A stretch of 36,020 nucleotides of DNA from Thermomicrobiales bacterium (GCA_030446955.1 JAUJMG010000004.1:1393-37412), one strand, 5' to 3'. Positions 1 through 9,281 are shown, counted from the first letter of the stretch. The notes: generated from the sequence alone by a model not told the origin. Numbers and translations are program-made.

Positions 1-478
1 GGTGACGATTCCTCGCTGCCCGTCCTCACGCTTGGGGAGTGAGTTCGGTTGGACCCCTCAAGTGGGCACCGGACAACCTCCTTGCCTGGTCCTGCCGGCT
101 CCGTTCCCCCTTGTAGTACGCGCAGATCGCCGATATCCAACGCGGGCGGCGACTATGCCAAAGCGAATAGCCCATGGTGCGGAGCCACGAAATCCGGAAA
201 GTCCCGTTGCCCTGGGTGAGTGACCGGGACAGTGGGTGAGCGCAAGCGGGCGCGCCGGGGAGGGCGCGCCGCGCATCTCCTGCGGCCTGTCGGACCGAGC
301 ACGGTCTGTCCTCGTCCGAGAGGACGAAGCCGAGCGTCCCCACGGGGCGCGATCCCGGCGTGCCTCTTGCCGGAAAGGCCGCGGCTGCGAGAGGTCGAGC
401 CGCCGCGACCAGTCGGCTGCCCTATTCCTTCCCGCTCATCGGTCCCGATGAGAACTTCGGGGGGAGAAAGGTGGGCGG

Positions 479-487
479 TGCTATGAT
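479..487 (+). promoter_or_regulatory. candidate extended -10 element (TGcTATGAT) about 160 nt upstream of the DUF5679-like gene
   Basis: TG at 479-480, one spacer nt, then TATGAT at 482-487. No convincing -35. Sequence match only. Confidence 0.2.
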
Positions 488-646
488 CCCTGGGGGAACC
501 GCTGATTCGGCGCCGGCTACCGGAGTGCTGGCACCCGACGTGCGTCCGAACTCGCGGGACTCAAGCCGAGCGGCTGCGCGCCCACCGCTCGGGACAACCC
601 GGTGCGGCGGTTCGGCGCACGGCGAGAGCAGAGGGAGGTGCGAACT

Positions 647-817
647 ATGGCGACGGCGACCACCGAAGCGTACTGCGTCAAATGCCGCGAAAAGCGGGAG
701 ATCCAGGACCCGGAAGAGGTCACGATGAAGAACGGCCGCAATGCCATTCAGGGCAAGTGCGGGGTCTGCGGCACCAAGCTCTTCCGGATGGTCGGCAACA
801 AAGACAAGACAGGTTAG
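647..817 (+). CDS. small zinc-ribbon protein, DUF5679-like (56 aa)
   Basis: ATG at 647 follows GGGAGGTG by 7 nt. Two CxxC pairs (CVKC ... CGVC) in 'YCVKCREKREIQDPEEVTMKNGRNAIQGKCGVCGTKLFRMV', which I recognise as the DUF5679 pattern. The upstream part of track ORF 602-817 has no RBS. Confidence 0.6.
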   Translation: MATATTEAYCVKCREKREIQDPEEVTMKNGRNAIQGKCGVCGTKLFRMVGNKDKTG

Positions 818-890
818 GGACCCCGCGCGGGTGCGGTCCCAATCCAGCCAGCCATGATCGTTCCTGGTTGATACCGCCACTGACGTCAAC

Positions 891-920
891 AGGAGGCCGG
901 CCCTGGTGGGCCGGCCTCCT
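891..920. terminator. bidirectional stem-loop terminator between convergent genes
   Basis: Perfect 13-bp stem AGGAGGCCGGCCC / GGGCCGGCCTCCT with a 4-nt loop (tggt). It lies between the + gene ending at 817 and the - gene ending at 993. There is no U-tract. Confidence 0.5.
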
Positions 921-992
921 CCGTGTCGCGGCTGCTTGGGCTCGTGGCGGCGGACCGGATCCTCCGGTGTCCCGGGCCGCCCCCGAACTGGC

Positions 993-1994
993 CTACCGCA
1001 TCGTCTCGCCCAGCATTGTCGCGAGGAGGCCAACGGCCGTCTCCACGCTCCGTCCGGTCGGGTCCAGCGTGGGGTTCAACTCCACCCAGTCGACCGAGCG
1101 CACGGGGCCGTCCCAGGCACGCAGGCGACGTAGGACCTGGGAGGCTTCCCGGTAGGTGAGCCCGCCGGGGATCGTGGTCCCCGTGCCGGGAAGCACCAGC
1201 GGGTCCAGGACATCCAGGTCGAACGAGACGTGGACCGCCCCAACGCCTTGGCGCTCTAGATAGGTCAGGGCATCGCCCAGCCCGGAGAGGATCCCGGCGT
1301 CAGACCACTCCTCCATCGTAAGCAGCCAAACCCCCTGCTCCCGAATCAACTCCCGCTCGCCTGGGTCGATGTCCCGTGCGCCGAGCAAGCAGATGTGCTC
1401 CGGCCGCAGCTTCGCGCCCGGCCGCCCCAGATCCGTCAGCGCCGGCTCCCCCAGTCCCAGGGACGCCGCCAGCGGCATCCCGTGGACGTGGCCGCTCGGG
1501 CTGCTGGCCGCGGTGTTCAGATCCGGGTGGGTGTCCAGCCAGAGTACGCCCAGCGGCTCGGGCGCCGCCGCCAGCGCCGCCCCGGCGATGCTGCCTGCCG
1601 AGAGTGCGGGGTCCCCGCCAAGGATCAGGGCAAGCTCGCCTTCCCTAATCGCCACCGCCACTTCGTCCGCCAGCCGCTCGCACGCCTCCGCGATCTGGGG
1701 CAGGAACGTCAGCGACCGTTGGTTCAGCCGCTCCCGCGCGTCCGGCGGCACGTCCACGGGTACGGTCACCGCCGGTGCGAAGCGTCCCTCAAGGTGCGGG
1801 AGGCCGCGCGGGAGCCAACGCGCCCGCAGCCCGGTGTCCAGCGCCGCGGGGCCGAGTTCCACGCCCGGGCGCTCCGCCCCAAGCCAAAGCGGAACGCCAA
1901 TCGGCCGCACCGGACCCACGAGCCGATTGCCCCACCCCTCGCCGCGCGAGGCGCCGGGGTCGGTCCGCACAAGGTGATCTGTTTCGATGGCCAT
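993..1994 (-). CDS. arginase/ureohydrolase family protein (arginase-like; first metal-ligand His replaced by Pro)
   Basis: Aligns by eye along its length with Bacillus arginase. It has 'LWLDTHPDLNT' (DxHxD), 'SPSGHVHGMPLA', 'SFDLDVLDP' (DxD) and 'GGLTYRE'. It reads 'GGDPALS' where the family has GGDHS. Confidence 0.85.
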   Translation of the reverse strand: MAIETDHLVRTDPGASRGEGWGNRLVGPVRPIGVPLWLGAERPGVELGPAALDTGLRARWLPRGLPHLEGRFAPAVTVPVDVPPDARERLNQRSLTFLPQIAEACERLADEVAVAIREGELALILGGDPALSAGSIAGAALAAAPEPLGVLWLDTHPDLNTAASSPSGHVHGMPLAASLGLGEPALTDLGRPGAKLRPEHICLLGARDIDPGERELIREQGVWLLTMEEWSDAGILSGLGDALTYLERQGVGAVHVSFDLDVLDPLVLPGTGTTIPGGLTYREASQVLRRLRAWDGPVRSVDWVELNPTLDPTGRSVETAVGLLATMLGETMR

Positions 1995-2101
1995 TCTGGT
2001 CCCTCGCCGTCGTCGGCGTTCCTGCGCCCGAACCGCGTCGTCCCGGGCGCCAGGCGATGCTCTTAGCCCCGCGAGCCGTTCGCTGAGTTGATCTGGTCGT
2101 C

Positions 2102-2872
2102 CTAATCTTGCTCGTCGTCCGCGCCGGCCCGCGTCGGAGTGGCCAGGAGGGCTGGCTCACTACCCTCGCGGCTGGCCAGATCCGCCCGCTCAAGCTCTGT
2201 GAAGCCGTCGATCATGGTCCGGTAGACGCGCTCCACCAGGTCTGGATCGATGCTGCTGTCCCTGGCGAAGCCTCGTACCCCGGCGATCACCTGCTCGACT
2301 CGTCGGGGCGCCGCCGCCTCCTCGGGACTCTGCTTGAACCCGGCCGCCTGGCGCACGTAGGCGCCGCGCTCCGCCAACAGATCGACGAGTTGTTCGTCGA
2401 CCCGATCGATATTGGCCCGGGCGTCCTCCAGGGTGGCGCACTCCATGACGCGGCCGTTGCCCCGCCGGGGCAGCAGGTTCCGTTGTCTCAGCTCAGAGCG
2501 CAGTCCGCTTGGCATCCCCCGCGCCGCCGGCAGGCGGACGAAGTTCCGTACCGCGCGGTACTGCGCCGCGAACCCGGCTTCTTCCACGCCGAGTGCTCGC
2601 AGCAGCCCCTCCGCTGTCGGCGGCTGGATCTCCCACCGCGGCGCGCGCTTATCCATGTGGCGGAAATCGTTCGGTGCCCGCTCGACCGGCGGCTTCGGGG
2701 CGCGCGTCGCTGGGCGTGGCGGCGCGCCCGGTCGGAAGCCGCCCTGATGCGGTGCCGCCGGCTGCCGGGGTTGAGTCGGCCGGTTCTGGCGCGGCGGCCC
2801 CGGCGACCGCGGCGGAAATCTGTCTCGGCGGTCCATCCTCATCCCCCTCATCAGGTCGCTGACCCGGCTCAC
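2102..2872 (-). CDS. chorismate mutase (AroQ-type) domain protein with a long Pro/Arg-rich N-terminal region
   Basis: The C-terminal ~110 aa ('LEDARANIDRVDEQLVDLLAERGAYVRQAAGFK ... PRRVEQVIAGVR ... VERVYRTMIDGFTELE') look like AroQ chorismate mutase. G/C dominates codon third positions through the N-terminal part, so the long form is plausible. An alternative start is ATG 2446 (114 aa). Confidence 0.55.
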   Translation of the reverse strand: MSRVSDLMRGMRMDRRDRFPPRSPGPPRQNRPTQPRQPAAPHQGGFRPGAPPRPATRAPKPPVERAPNDFRHMDKRAPRWEIQPPTAEGLLRALGVEEAGFAAQYRAVRNFVRLPAARGMPSGLRSELRQRNLLPRRGNGRVMECATLEDARANIDRVDEQLVDLLAERGAYVRQAAGFKQSPEEAAAPRRVEQVIAGVRGFARDSSIDPDLVERVYRTMIDGFTELERADLASREGSEPALLATPTRAGADDEQD

Positions 2873-2992
2873 CGCACGGCCAGGAACCGCCCCGCTCGGC
2901 GCGCTACCTTTCCAGGCAACCCGCGTGCCGCCGCCCCGCGCCCGCCCTCTGGCCTCTGACTACAGGCGTCTAGCGTCCGGCATCTACCGCCT

Positions 2993-5302
2993 CTACATAA
3001 CCGCCGGGGCTTCGATGCCGAGCAGATCCAGGCCGTTGGCCAGGGCCTGCCGCGTCGCGGCCACCAGCGCCAGCCGCGCCGAGCGGGTCGGCTCGGGGGA
3101 CTGGAGCACCGGGCAGGCGTGGTAGAAGTCGTTGAAGCGCTTGGCCAGCTCGTAGACGTAGTTGGTCAACAGCAGCGGACGGTACTCCGCCGCCGATCGC
3201 TGCACCTCCTCCGGCAGCGCCGCCACCGCCTGGAGCAGTCCCAGTTCCGTCGCTTCCGGTTGCTCCGAACCGAAGTCCAATCCATCGGCAAAGCCGAGAA
3301 GGTGCTCCTCGGTTGCGCCCGCGTGCTCCAGGATGCGGCAGGCGCGGGCATGGGCGTATTGCACGTACGGGGCGGCGTGGCCGTCGAAGGAGAGCGCCTC
3401 CTCCAAGTCGAAGACGACCACCTTGGTGATGTCCCGCGCCAGCATCGCGTACTTGAGAGAGCCAATCCCCACTTGCCGGGCCACCTGCTCTTTCGCCTCG
3501 CTCGACAGGTCCGGGTTCTTCTCTTCGATGATCTCCCGCGCCCGGACTAGCACCGCGTCTCGGATGTCGTCGTAGATCGGCACGTTGCCCTTACGAGAGG
3601 AGATCACCCCTTCCGGCAAGCGCACCATCTCGTACCCGATGTGCTGCGCCTGCGCGGCCTGGTCGAACCCGGCCAGCTCCAGGATCTTGGCGATCTGCTG
3701 GAAGTAGAGTGACTGTCGCACGTCCACCACCCAGAGCGCACGGTCGACCCCGTACTCCTCGAACTTGAGCTTGGTGAGCGCGAGGTCCTTGGTGGAGTAG
3801 AGGGTGGTGCCGTCAGAGCGCAGGATCGGCAGGGTGCGGTAGGTCTCCGTCTCCAGCCCCAGCTTGGCGTCGATCTTCACCACCGGTAACCCGTCACTGA
3901 TCTCGGCCAGTCCCTGTTCGAGCATCTCCTGGACCATCCGGCGTCCTGGCTCCTCCACCTGGCTCTCAAAGAACCAGACGTCAAAGCGGGCGCCCAGTTC
4001 GGCGAAGATCCGCTCGAAGTCGGCCAGGCTCCAGCCGCGCGTCTCCTGCCAGAGCGCGACAAATTCCTCGTCCTGCCGCTCCCAGCGCTGGAAGGTCTCC
4101 TTGACCTCCTCCCGCCACGCGGGCACCTGCGGCCACCACTCGTCCATCTGTGGGGCGAGCGCCTCCCACCGGGCCAGCCGCTCTTCCGGCGTCGTGGTCG
4201 GTTCGGGTACGCCCTCAACGGGGACGTAGGGCTTCTGGTTCTCCACCTCGTCCCGGAGCTGGGCCCCGACGATCGGCCAGAATTTGGGGATCACGTCCTC
4301 CTCGCGCAGGAGGTCTTCCTTGATCTCCTGCGCGTGGGTCATCCGTCCGAGCAGGTAGGCGATGTCCTCCCCCTCGGTGTTCATGCGCCAGAGGTACTTC
4401 AGCAGGCGGTCGATCGCCGCCACGAAGACCTGATCCTCGCGTGCCAGCAGGTGGAGCAGATCCAGGACATCCTTGCGGAAGTTGAGGCGCGCGTCGGACT
4501 CGGCGTAAATCTCGCCCAGCCAGCGACCGCGTGCCGCCGGGTCGGCCGGCTCCTCCCCCCGATGGAATCGCTCGTAGCACCAGAGGCACTTGATCACGTG
4601 CATGCCGATGTCGCCGATGTAGGTCGCGTCCTTCACAGGGTAGCCGGCGGCCGCGAGGATGCGGCTCGTGGCGACCCCGAGGCAGGTGTTGCGCAGGTGC
4701 CCGACGTGGAACGCCTTGTGGGTGTTGGGCTGGGAGTGCTCCACCATCACCACCTCACCGCGGGGCCCTCCCCGGCCGTAGGCGACTCCCTGCCGCAGCA
4801 CCTCTCCGACGAGCCGGGCCGCGACCGCGTTGGCGTCAAAGGAGATGTTGACGTACCCGCTGACCGCCTCCACCCGCGCGAATCCATTCTGCCCCGCCGC
4901 AATCCGAACCGCGACCTGCTCGGCAAGGTCCTGCGCCCGCGTCGGAACGGCCTCGTTGACCTTCTTCTTGGACTCTTTCTTGGAGAGTCCCTCCAGCGCG
5001 CCGGTCGCCTCCAGTTCACGCAGCACGACCTCGCTGGCGAGCGCCCGGCAGACGGAGGAAGCGGCGCCCCATGTGCCGGCAAAGGGGATGGCACGCAGCT
5101 CCACCGGCCGCTCCCCGAACCCCAATTCTGCAAGCGCCGCCGTGATCGCCGCGGCCGCCTGGCGCTCCTCTTGCGCCACGATCCCAGTCTCTGAGGCCGG
5201 CGCGGGGTGCGTCGTCCCAGTGGCGACCGGAGCGGCGGTCGTCGCTTCCTCGGCGTCACCAGCGCCGTTTGACATCGTTTGAAGGTCGCGTGGCTCGCTC
5301 AT
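2993..5302 (-). CDS. argS: arginine--tRNA ligase
   Basis: 769-aa ORF with the class I HIGH motif 'HSQPNTHKAFHVGHLRN', the ArgRS N-terminal domain and a DALR-type anticodon-binding C-terminus ('YVQYAHARACRIL'). There is a long insertion between the HIGH region and the catalytic core. The exact start is uncertain (M1 or M10). Confidence 0.93.
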   Translation of the reverse strand: MSEPRDLQTMSNGAGDAEEATTAAPVATGTTHPAPASETGIVAQEERQAAAAITAALAELGFGERPVELRAIPFAGTWGAASSVCRALASEVVLRELEATGALEGLSKKESKKKVNEAVPTRAQDLAEQVAVRIAAGQNGFARVEAVSGYVNISFDANAVAARLVGEVLRQGVAYGRGGPRGEVVMVEHSQPNTHKAFHVGHLRNTCLGVATSRILAAAGYPVKDATYIGDIGMHVIKCLWCYERFHRGEEPADPAARGRWLGEIYAESDARLNFRKDVLDLLHLLAREDQVFVAAIDRLLKYLWRMNTEGEDIAYLLGRMTHAQEIKEDLLREEDVIPKFWPIVGAQLRDEVENQKPYVPVEGVPEPTTTPEERLARWEALAPQMDEWWPQVPAWREEVKETFQRWERQDEEFVALWQETRGWSLADFERIFAELGARFDVWFFESQVEEPGRRMVQEMLEQGLAEISDGLPVVKIDAKLGLETETYRTLPILRSDGTTLYSTKDLALTKLKFEEYGVDRALWVVDVRQSLYFQQIAKILELAGFDQAAQAQHIGYEMVRLPEGVISSRKGNVPIYDDIRDAVLVRAREIIEEKNPDLSSEAKEQVARQVGIGSLKYAMLARDITKVVVFDLEEALSFDGHAAPYVQYAHARACRILEHAGATEEHLLGFADGLDFGSEQPEATELGLLQAVAALPEEVQRSAAEYRPLLLTNYVYELAKRFNDFYHACPVLQSPEPTRSARLALVAATRQALANGLDLLGIEAPAVM

Positions 5303-5433
5303 GGCAGTCGTCCTCGGCTGATCGCTGTCAACGCGTCGCTTTGCTGATTGTCCACAGCACGACGCGCCCCCGGCAACCCGGCGGCGCGTCTCCGGTGCTC
5401 GGTCCCCGTACGGAGCCGATGGGGCTGGCTCCG

Positions 5434-5685
5434 CTATTCCGCCGGCTCGACCGGCTCGTCGTTAGCCCCCTCGGCTCTCGGCTGGAACAACCAGGCCGCC
5501 CCGATCAGGAGCAACACCAGGCCGGCAATCGCCGCGATGAGCTGCTTCCAGCCGAACCCGGTCCCGCCCCCGCTCAGGTTAAGCTGATCGGCGAACACAG
5601 CGCCCATCATCAGCAGGGTACCTCCCACCATGAGGGCGAGGGCGAGCACGCGGGAGGCGGGGAAAGCGGGGGACCGCGTGTCCAT
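5434..5685 (-). CDS. small hypothetical membrane protein (83 aa, 2 predicted TM helices)
   Basis: ATG 5685 is preceded by AGGGGAG. Two hydrophobic stretches: 'VLALALMVGGTLLMMGAVF' and 'LIAAIAGLVLLLIGAAWLF'. The longer track ORF (to 5850) has no RBS. Confidence 0.45.
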   Translation of the reverse strand: MDTRSPAFPASRVLALALMVGGTLLMMGAVFADQLNLSGGGTGFGWKQLIAAIAGLVLLLIGAAWLFQPRAEGANDEPVEPAE

Positions 5686-5943
5686 GACAACGACTCCCCT
5701 CGCCCCGGTGGGGCGCAACGTTTTGGTCGGCTTGCGCGCGTGCGCGAGAGTATAGCACGGGCAGGATAGGATTCCGGAAGGGGCGGGACGGCTCAGAATT
5801 GGAGCGCGGTTGCGAGGAAACCACCCCTGCTCCGCGCTCGATACCCACACTGCTCATCTGCCGGCAAGCCGGTGCTTTGCCTCGCTCCCGCCGCTACATC
5901 GTGCCCTGATGCCGGAGCAGATCCTACGGATATCTTGACCAGC

Positions 5944-5972
5944 ACCGGGTGCTCCGGTATACGTTCCCCGCA
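5944..5972 (+). promoter_or_regulatory. candidate sigma70-type promoter of the cta operon
   Basis: TTGACC (5944-5949), 17-nt spacer, TATACG (5967-5972), about 45 nt upstream of the ctaC ATG. Sequence match only. Confidence 0.3.
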
Positions 5973-6016
5973 ACGCTCATTGGGTGGGTGGTGGAGGCAG
6001 GGTGCGGGGAGGCGAG

Positions 6017-7213
6017 ATGGAACGGCGGGACCAGGACGACCAGAGCCCAACGCCGAGGCGGCGCTCGTTCGCCTTCCGGATCGTGAGCCTCACCGCGTTG
6101 GCCCTGGTTGTCGGGTTGGTGCTGGTGGGTTGCGGCGGGGACAACAATCCCTACAGCCACATTTCGCCGCGCTCCTCAACCACCCGGGACATCCAGAGCC
6201 TCTACAAGCTCGTCTTCTGGATGGCCCTCATCGTCTTCATCGGCGTCCAACTGTTCATCGTCTACACCGCGCTGCGCTTCCGTCAGCGCGGCAACGAAGC
6301 TGACCGGCCGGCCCAGATCCATGGCAACAAGCGCCTTGAGATTGCCTGGACTCTGATCCCGGCCGCCATCCTCCTGGTCATCCTGATCCCGACCATTCAG
6401 ACCATGTTCGAGTTCTCCGCCGACGCCCAGGAGGGCGAGTACGTCATCGATGTCTACGGCAAGCAGTGGTGGTGGGAGATCCACTACCCCGGCCTCGGCC
6501 CCAACGGCGGCCCCTTGATCACCGCCAACGAGGTTCGCCTGCCCGAGGATCGCAAGATCAAGCTCCAGCTCCACTCCAACAACGTCATCCACTCCTTCTG
6601 GGCTCCGCAGCTCTTCGGCAAGCACGACGTGATTCCCGGTCACGTCAACGAGATCGGCTTCACGCCAGAGAACCCCGGCATCTACTACGGCGAATGCACG
6701 GAATTCTGCGGCGTGGCCCATGCCTTGATGCGCTTCACCATGGTTGTGGATCCGCAGGAAGAGTTCGATGCCTGGGTGGCCTCCTACAACACCGAGCGCC
6801 CGGCGTTCGACGCGAATCCCCAGACGGGGGACGTGTCTGAGGCACCGCGCTCCTTCGGCATCTGCATCGGCTGCCACGCTATCAACGGCACCAATGCGGT
6901 GGCGGCCCAGGCCGGACTGACGGGCAACCCCTACAGCGTGGGCGCTGCACCCAACCTGACCTTGTTCGGCTGCCGCGACTTCATTGCCGCTGGTGCTCTG
7001 GCAAACACGCCGGAGAACCTGGCCATATGGCTGCACAACCCCGCTGGGGTCAAGGAGGGCAACTACATGGCCCTCCAGATCAAAGAAGGGACACTAACCC
7101 AAGAACAGATCAACGAGCTAGTCCCATACTTGCTCAGCCTGAAGCCGGCTGGCGGGTGCCCCGAGACGGCTCGGCAGGAACAAAACCTCCACATGGAGCA
7201 GGGCGAGGAATAG
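6017..7213 (+). CDS. ctaC: cytochrome c oxidase subunit II with fused C-terminal cytochrome c domain (caa3-type)
   Basis: CuA motif 'HSFWAPQLFGKHDVIPGH ... CTEFCGVAHALM'. C-terminal heme-c site 'CIGCH'. Lipobox-like 'LVGC' in the signal region. ATG 6017 is 4 nt after GGGGAGG. Confidence 0.9.
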   Translation: MERRDQDDQSPTPRRRSFAFRIVSLTALALVVGLVLVGCGGDNNPYSHISPRSSTTRDIQSLYKLVFWMALIVFIGVQLFIVYTALRFRQRGNEADRPAQIHGNKRLEIAWTLIPAAILLVILIPTIQTMFEFSADAQEGEYVIDVYGKQWWWEIHYPGLGPNGGPLITANEVRLPEDRKIKLQLHSNNVIHSFWAPQLFGKHDVIPGHVNEIGFTPENPGIYYGECTEFCGVAHALMRFTMVVDPQEEFDAWVASYNTERPAFDANPQTGDVSEAPRSFGICIGCHAINGTNAVAAQAGLTGNPYSVGAAPNLTLFGCRDFIAAGALANTPENLAIWLHNPAGVKEGNYMALQIKEGTLTQEQINELVPYLLSLKPAGGCPETARQEQNLHMEQGEE

Positions 7214-7274
7214 CGGGCGATTCGGCGAACCGGGGATCGGCCGCGCGGTGGCCGGGCGAGGGTAGGAGCAGGCG

Positions 7275-9281
7275 ATGGCATCGGTAGCGCAGCCGGCGGG
7301 AGCGGGAGCAGGGACGCAGACGGTTGCCCGTCCGGCGTTCAAGAAGGAATCCGGCCTCTGGAGCTGGATCACGACGGTCGACCACAAGCGGATCGGCTTG
7401 CTCTATGGCGTGACCGCCATCGTCTACCTGCTCATCGGCGGGTTGGAAGCGCTCGTCATCCGCACCCAGTTGATCGAGCCCAATAACGACTTGATCACCC
7501 TCGAGCGGTACAACGAATTCTTCACCATGCATGGCACGACGATGATCTTCCTCGCCGTCATGCCGCTCAGTTCCGCGTTCTTCAATTACATCGTCCCGCT
7601 CCAAATCGGTGCCCGGGATGTCGCCTTTCCCCGTCTCAACGCCTTCAGCTACTGGGTCTTCTTCTTCGGCGGCGCCATTCTCAGCCTGAGCTGGCTGGCC
7701 AACGCCGCCCCGAACATGGGCTGGTACGGCTACGCCCCTCTCACTGAGAGAGGGTTCAACTTAGGGCGTAACGTGGACTTCTGGGCGCTCGGCCTCCAGG
7801 TCCTCGGTATCGCCTCCGTTGCAGCCTCCCTCAACTTCATCATCACCATCCTGAATATGCGTGCCCCCGGCATGACCCTGATGCGGATGCCGCTCTTCAC
7901 CTGGAACGCGCTGATCGTCTCGATTCTGATCGTGATGGCCTTCCCCGCGATCACCATCGCCCTCGCGCTGCTCAGCTTCGATCGCTTCGCCGGCACCAGC
8001 TTTTACATCCCCTACATCTACGATGAGGCCACCCGGCAGATCGTGGCGCGCGGTGGTGATCCGCTGCTCTGGCAGCACCTGTTCTGGATCTTCGGCCACC
8101 CCGAGGTCTACATCCTGATCTTGCCGGCCTTCGGCATCATTTCCGAACTCATCCCGGTCTTCTCCCGCAAGCCCCTCTTCGGCTACGCGGTCATGGTCTA
8201 CGCGACCGCGACCATCGCCTTCCTCGGCTTCGGCGTCTGGGTCCACCACATGTTCACGGTCGGGCTCGGCCCGGTCCCCAACTCCGTCTTCTCCGCCAGT
8301 ACGATGCTGATCGCGGTGCCAACAGGAGTAAAGATCTTGAACTGGACCTCCACGATGTGGGGGGGGCAGCTCAACTTCACGACGCCCATGCTCTTTGCGG
8401 TCGGTCTCGTCTCCCAGTTTGTGATCGGCGGCATCTCCGGCGTCATGCACGGATCCCCGCCGATCGACCAGCACCACAACGACACCTACTTCGTGGTGGC
8501 CCACTTCCACTACGTGCTCTTCGGTGGCAGCATCTTCGCCCTGCTGGCCGGCATCTACTACTGGTTCCCCAAGTTCACCGGCCGCATGCTGAGCGAGAAG
8601 ATCGGCAAGTTGCACTTCTGGGTCACCTTCGCCGGATTCAACATCACCTTCTTCCCGATGCACTTCCTCGGCCTGGAGGGGATGCCCCGCCGCTATGGCA
8701 CCTACGGTGAAGGCAGCGGACTCCAGTTCTGGCACGTGGTCAGCAGCCTCGGCTCCTACCTGCTCGGGTTCTCGTTCCTAATCTTCATGTACAACATCGC
8801 GGTTAGCCTGCAGCGCGGTAAGAAGGCAGGCAACGATCCGTGGGATGGGGCTACCCTAGAGTGGTCGATTCCCTCCCCGCCGCCGGTTTACAACTTCGCC
8901 ACCATTCCCGTCGTGCGGCACCGGGATCCGCTCTGGGAGGAGAAGTACGGCCAATACGAAGGAGAGGGTCACACCGAGGAAGAGACGGTCGAGACGACCA
9001 TCGCCGGCTTCAAGATTGGCGAAGGCCAGGCTCCCGACGAGGACGCGGTGGAGCAGGCCGAGCGCCGCGCTGAGGCTGGAGACGAACACAATATCCACCT
9101 GCCCAACCCATCGTTCTGGCCGGTGGTGGCCTCCCTTGGTATCTTCTTGGCCGCCATGGGGCTGCTCTTCAGCTACCCACGGATCCCCATCGGTGCCCTG
9201 GATCTGCCGCTGCTTACTGCTGCCGGGATAGTCACGCTTATCGCCGGCATTTACGGATGGTCTCTGGAGCCGGCAAGCTAG
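7275..9281 (+). CDS. ctaD: cytochrome c oxidase subunit I with a C-terminal two-helix extension
   Basis: Canonical heme-copper oxidase subunit I sequence ('WITTVDHKRIGLLY', 'LFWIFGHPEVYILILPAFG', 'HHMFTVG', 'VVAHFHYVLFGG'). 668 aa, longer than the usual length. Confidence 0.95.
   Translation: MASVAQPAGAGAGTQTVARPAFKKESGLWSWITTVDHKRIGLLYGVTAIVYLLIGGLEALVIRTQLIEPNNDLITLERYNEFFTMHGTTMIFLAVMPLSSAFFNYIVPLQIGARDVAFPRLNAFSYWVFFFGGAILSLSWLANAAPNMGWYGYAPLTERGFNLGRNVDFWALGLQVLGIASVAASLNFIITILNMRAPGMTLMRMPLFTWNALIVSILIVMAFPAITIALALLSFDRFAGTSFYIPYIYDEATRQIVARGGDPLLWQHLFWIFGHPEVYILILPAFGIISELIPVFSRKPLFGYAVMVYATATIAFLGFGVWVHHMFTVGLGPVPNSVFSASTMLIAVPTGVKILNWTSTMWGGQLNFTTPMLFAVGLVSQFVIGGISGVMHGSPPIDQHHNDTYFVVAHFHYVLFGGSIFALLAGIYYWFPKFTGRMLSEKIGKLHFWVTFAGFNITFFPMHFLGLEGMPRRYGTYGEGSGLQFWHVVSSLGSYLLGFSFLIFMYNIAVSLQRGKKAGNDPWDGATLEWSIPSPPPVYNFATIPVVRHRDPLWEEKYGQYEGEGHTEEETVETTIAGFKIGEGQAPDEDAVEQAERRAEAGDEHNIHLPNPSFWPVVASLGIFLAAMGLLFSYPRIPIGALDLPLLTAAGIVTLIAGIYGWSLEPAS

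Noticed and set aside
1-470. Known structured RNAs (RNase P, tmRNA, SRP RNA, cobalamin riboswitch, group II intron domain V) in the ORF-free start of the window
   Set aside because: Only fragmentary matches, such as 'GGAAAGTCC' at about 198-206. There is no GAGGAAAGUCCGGGC/ACAGAA context, no tRNA-like CCA-end module, no B12 box (GCCACTG), and no 34-nt domain-V hairpin with an AGC triad. The region is left as unexplained and reported as a finding.
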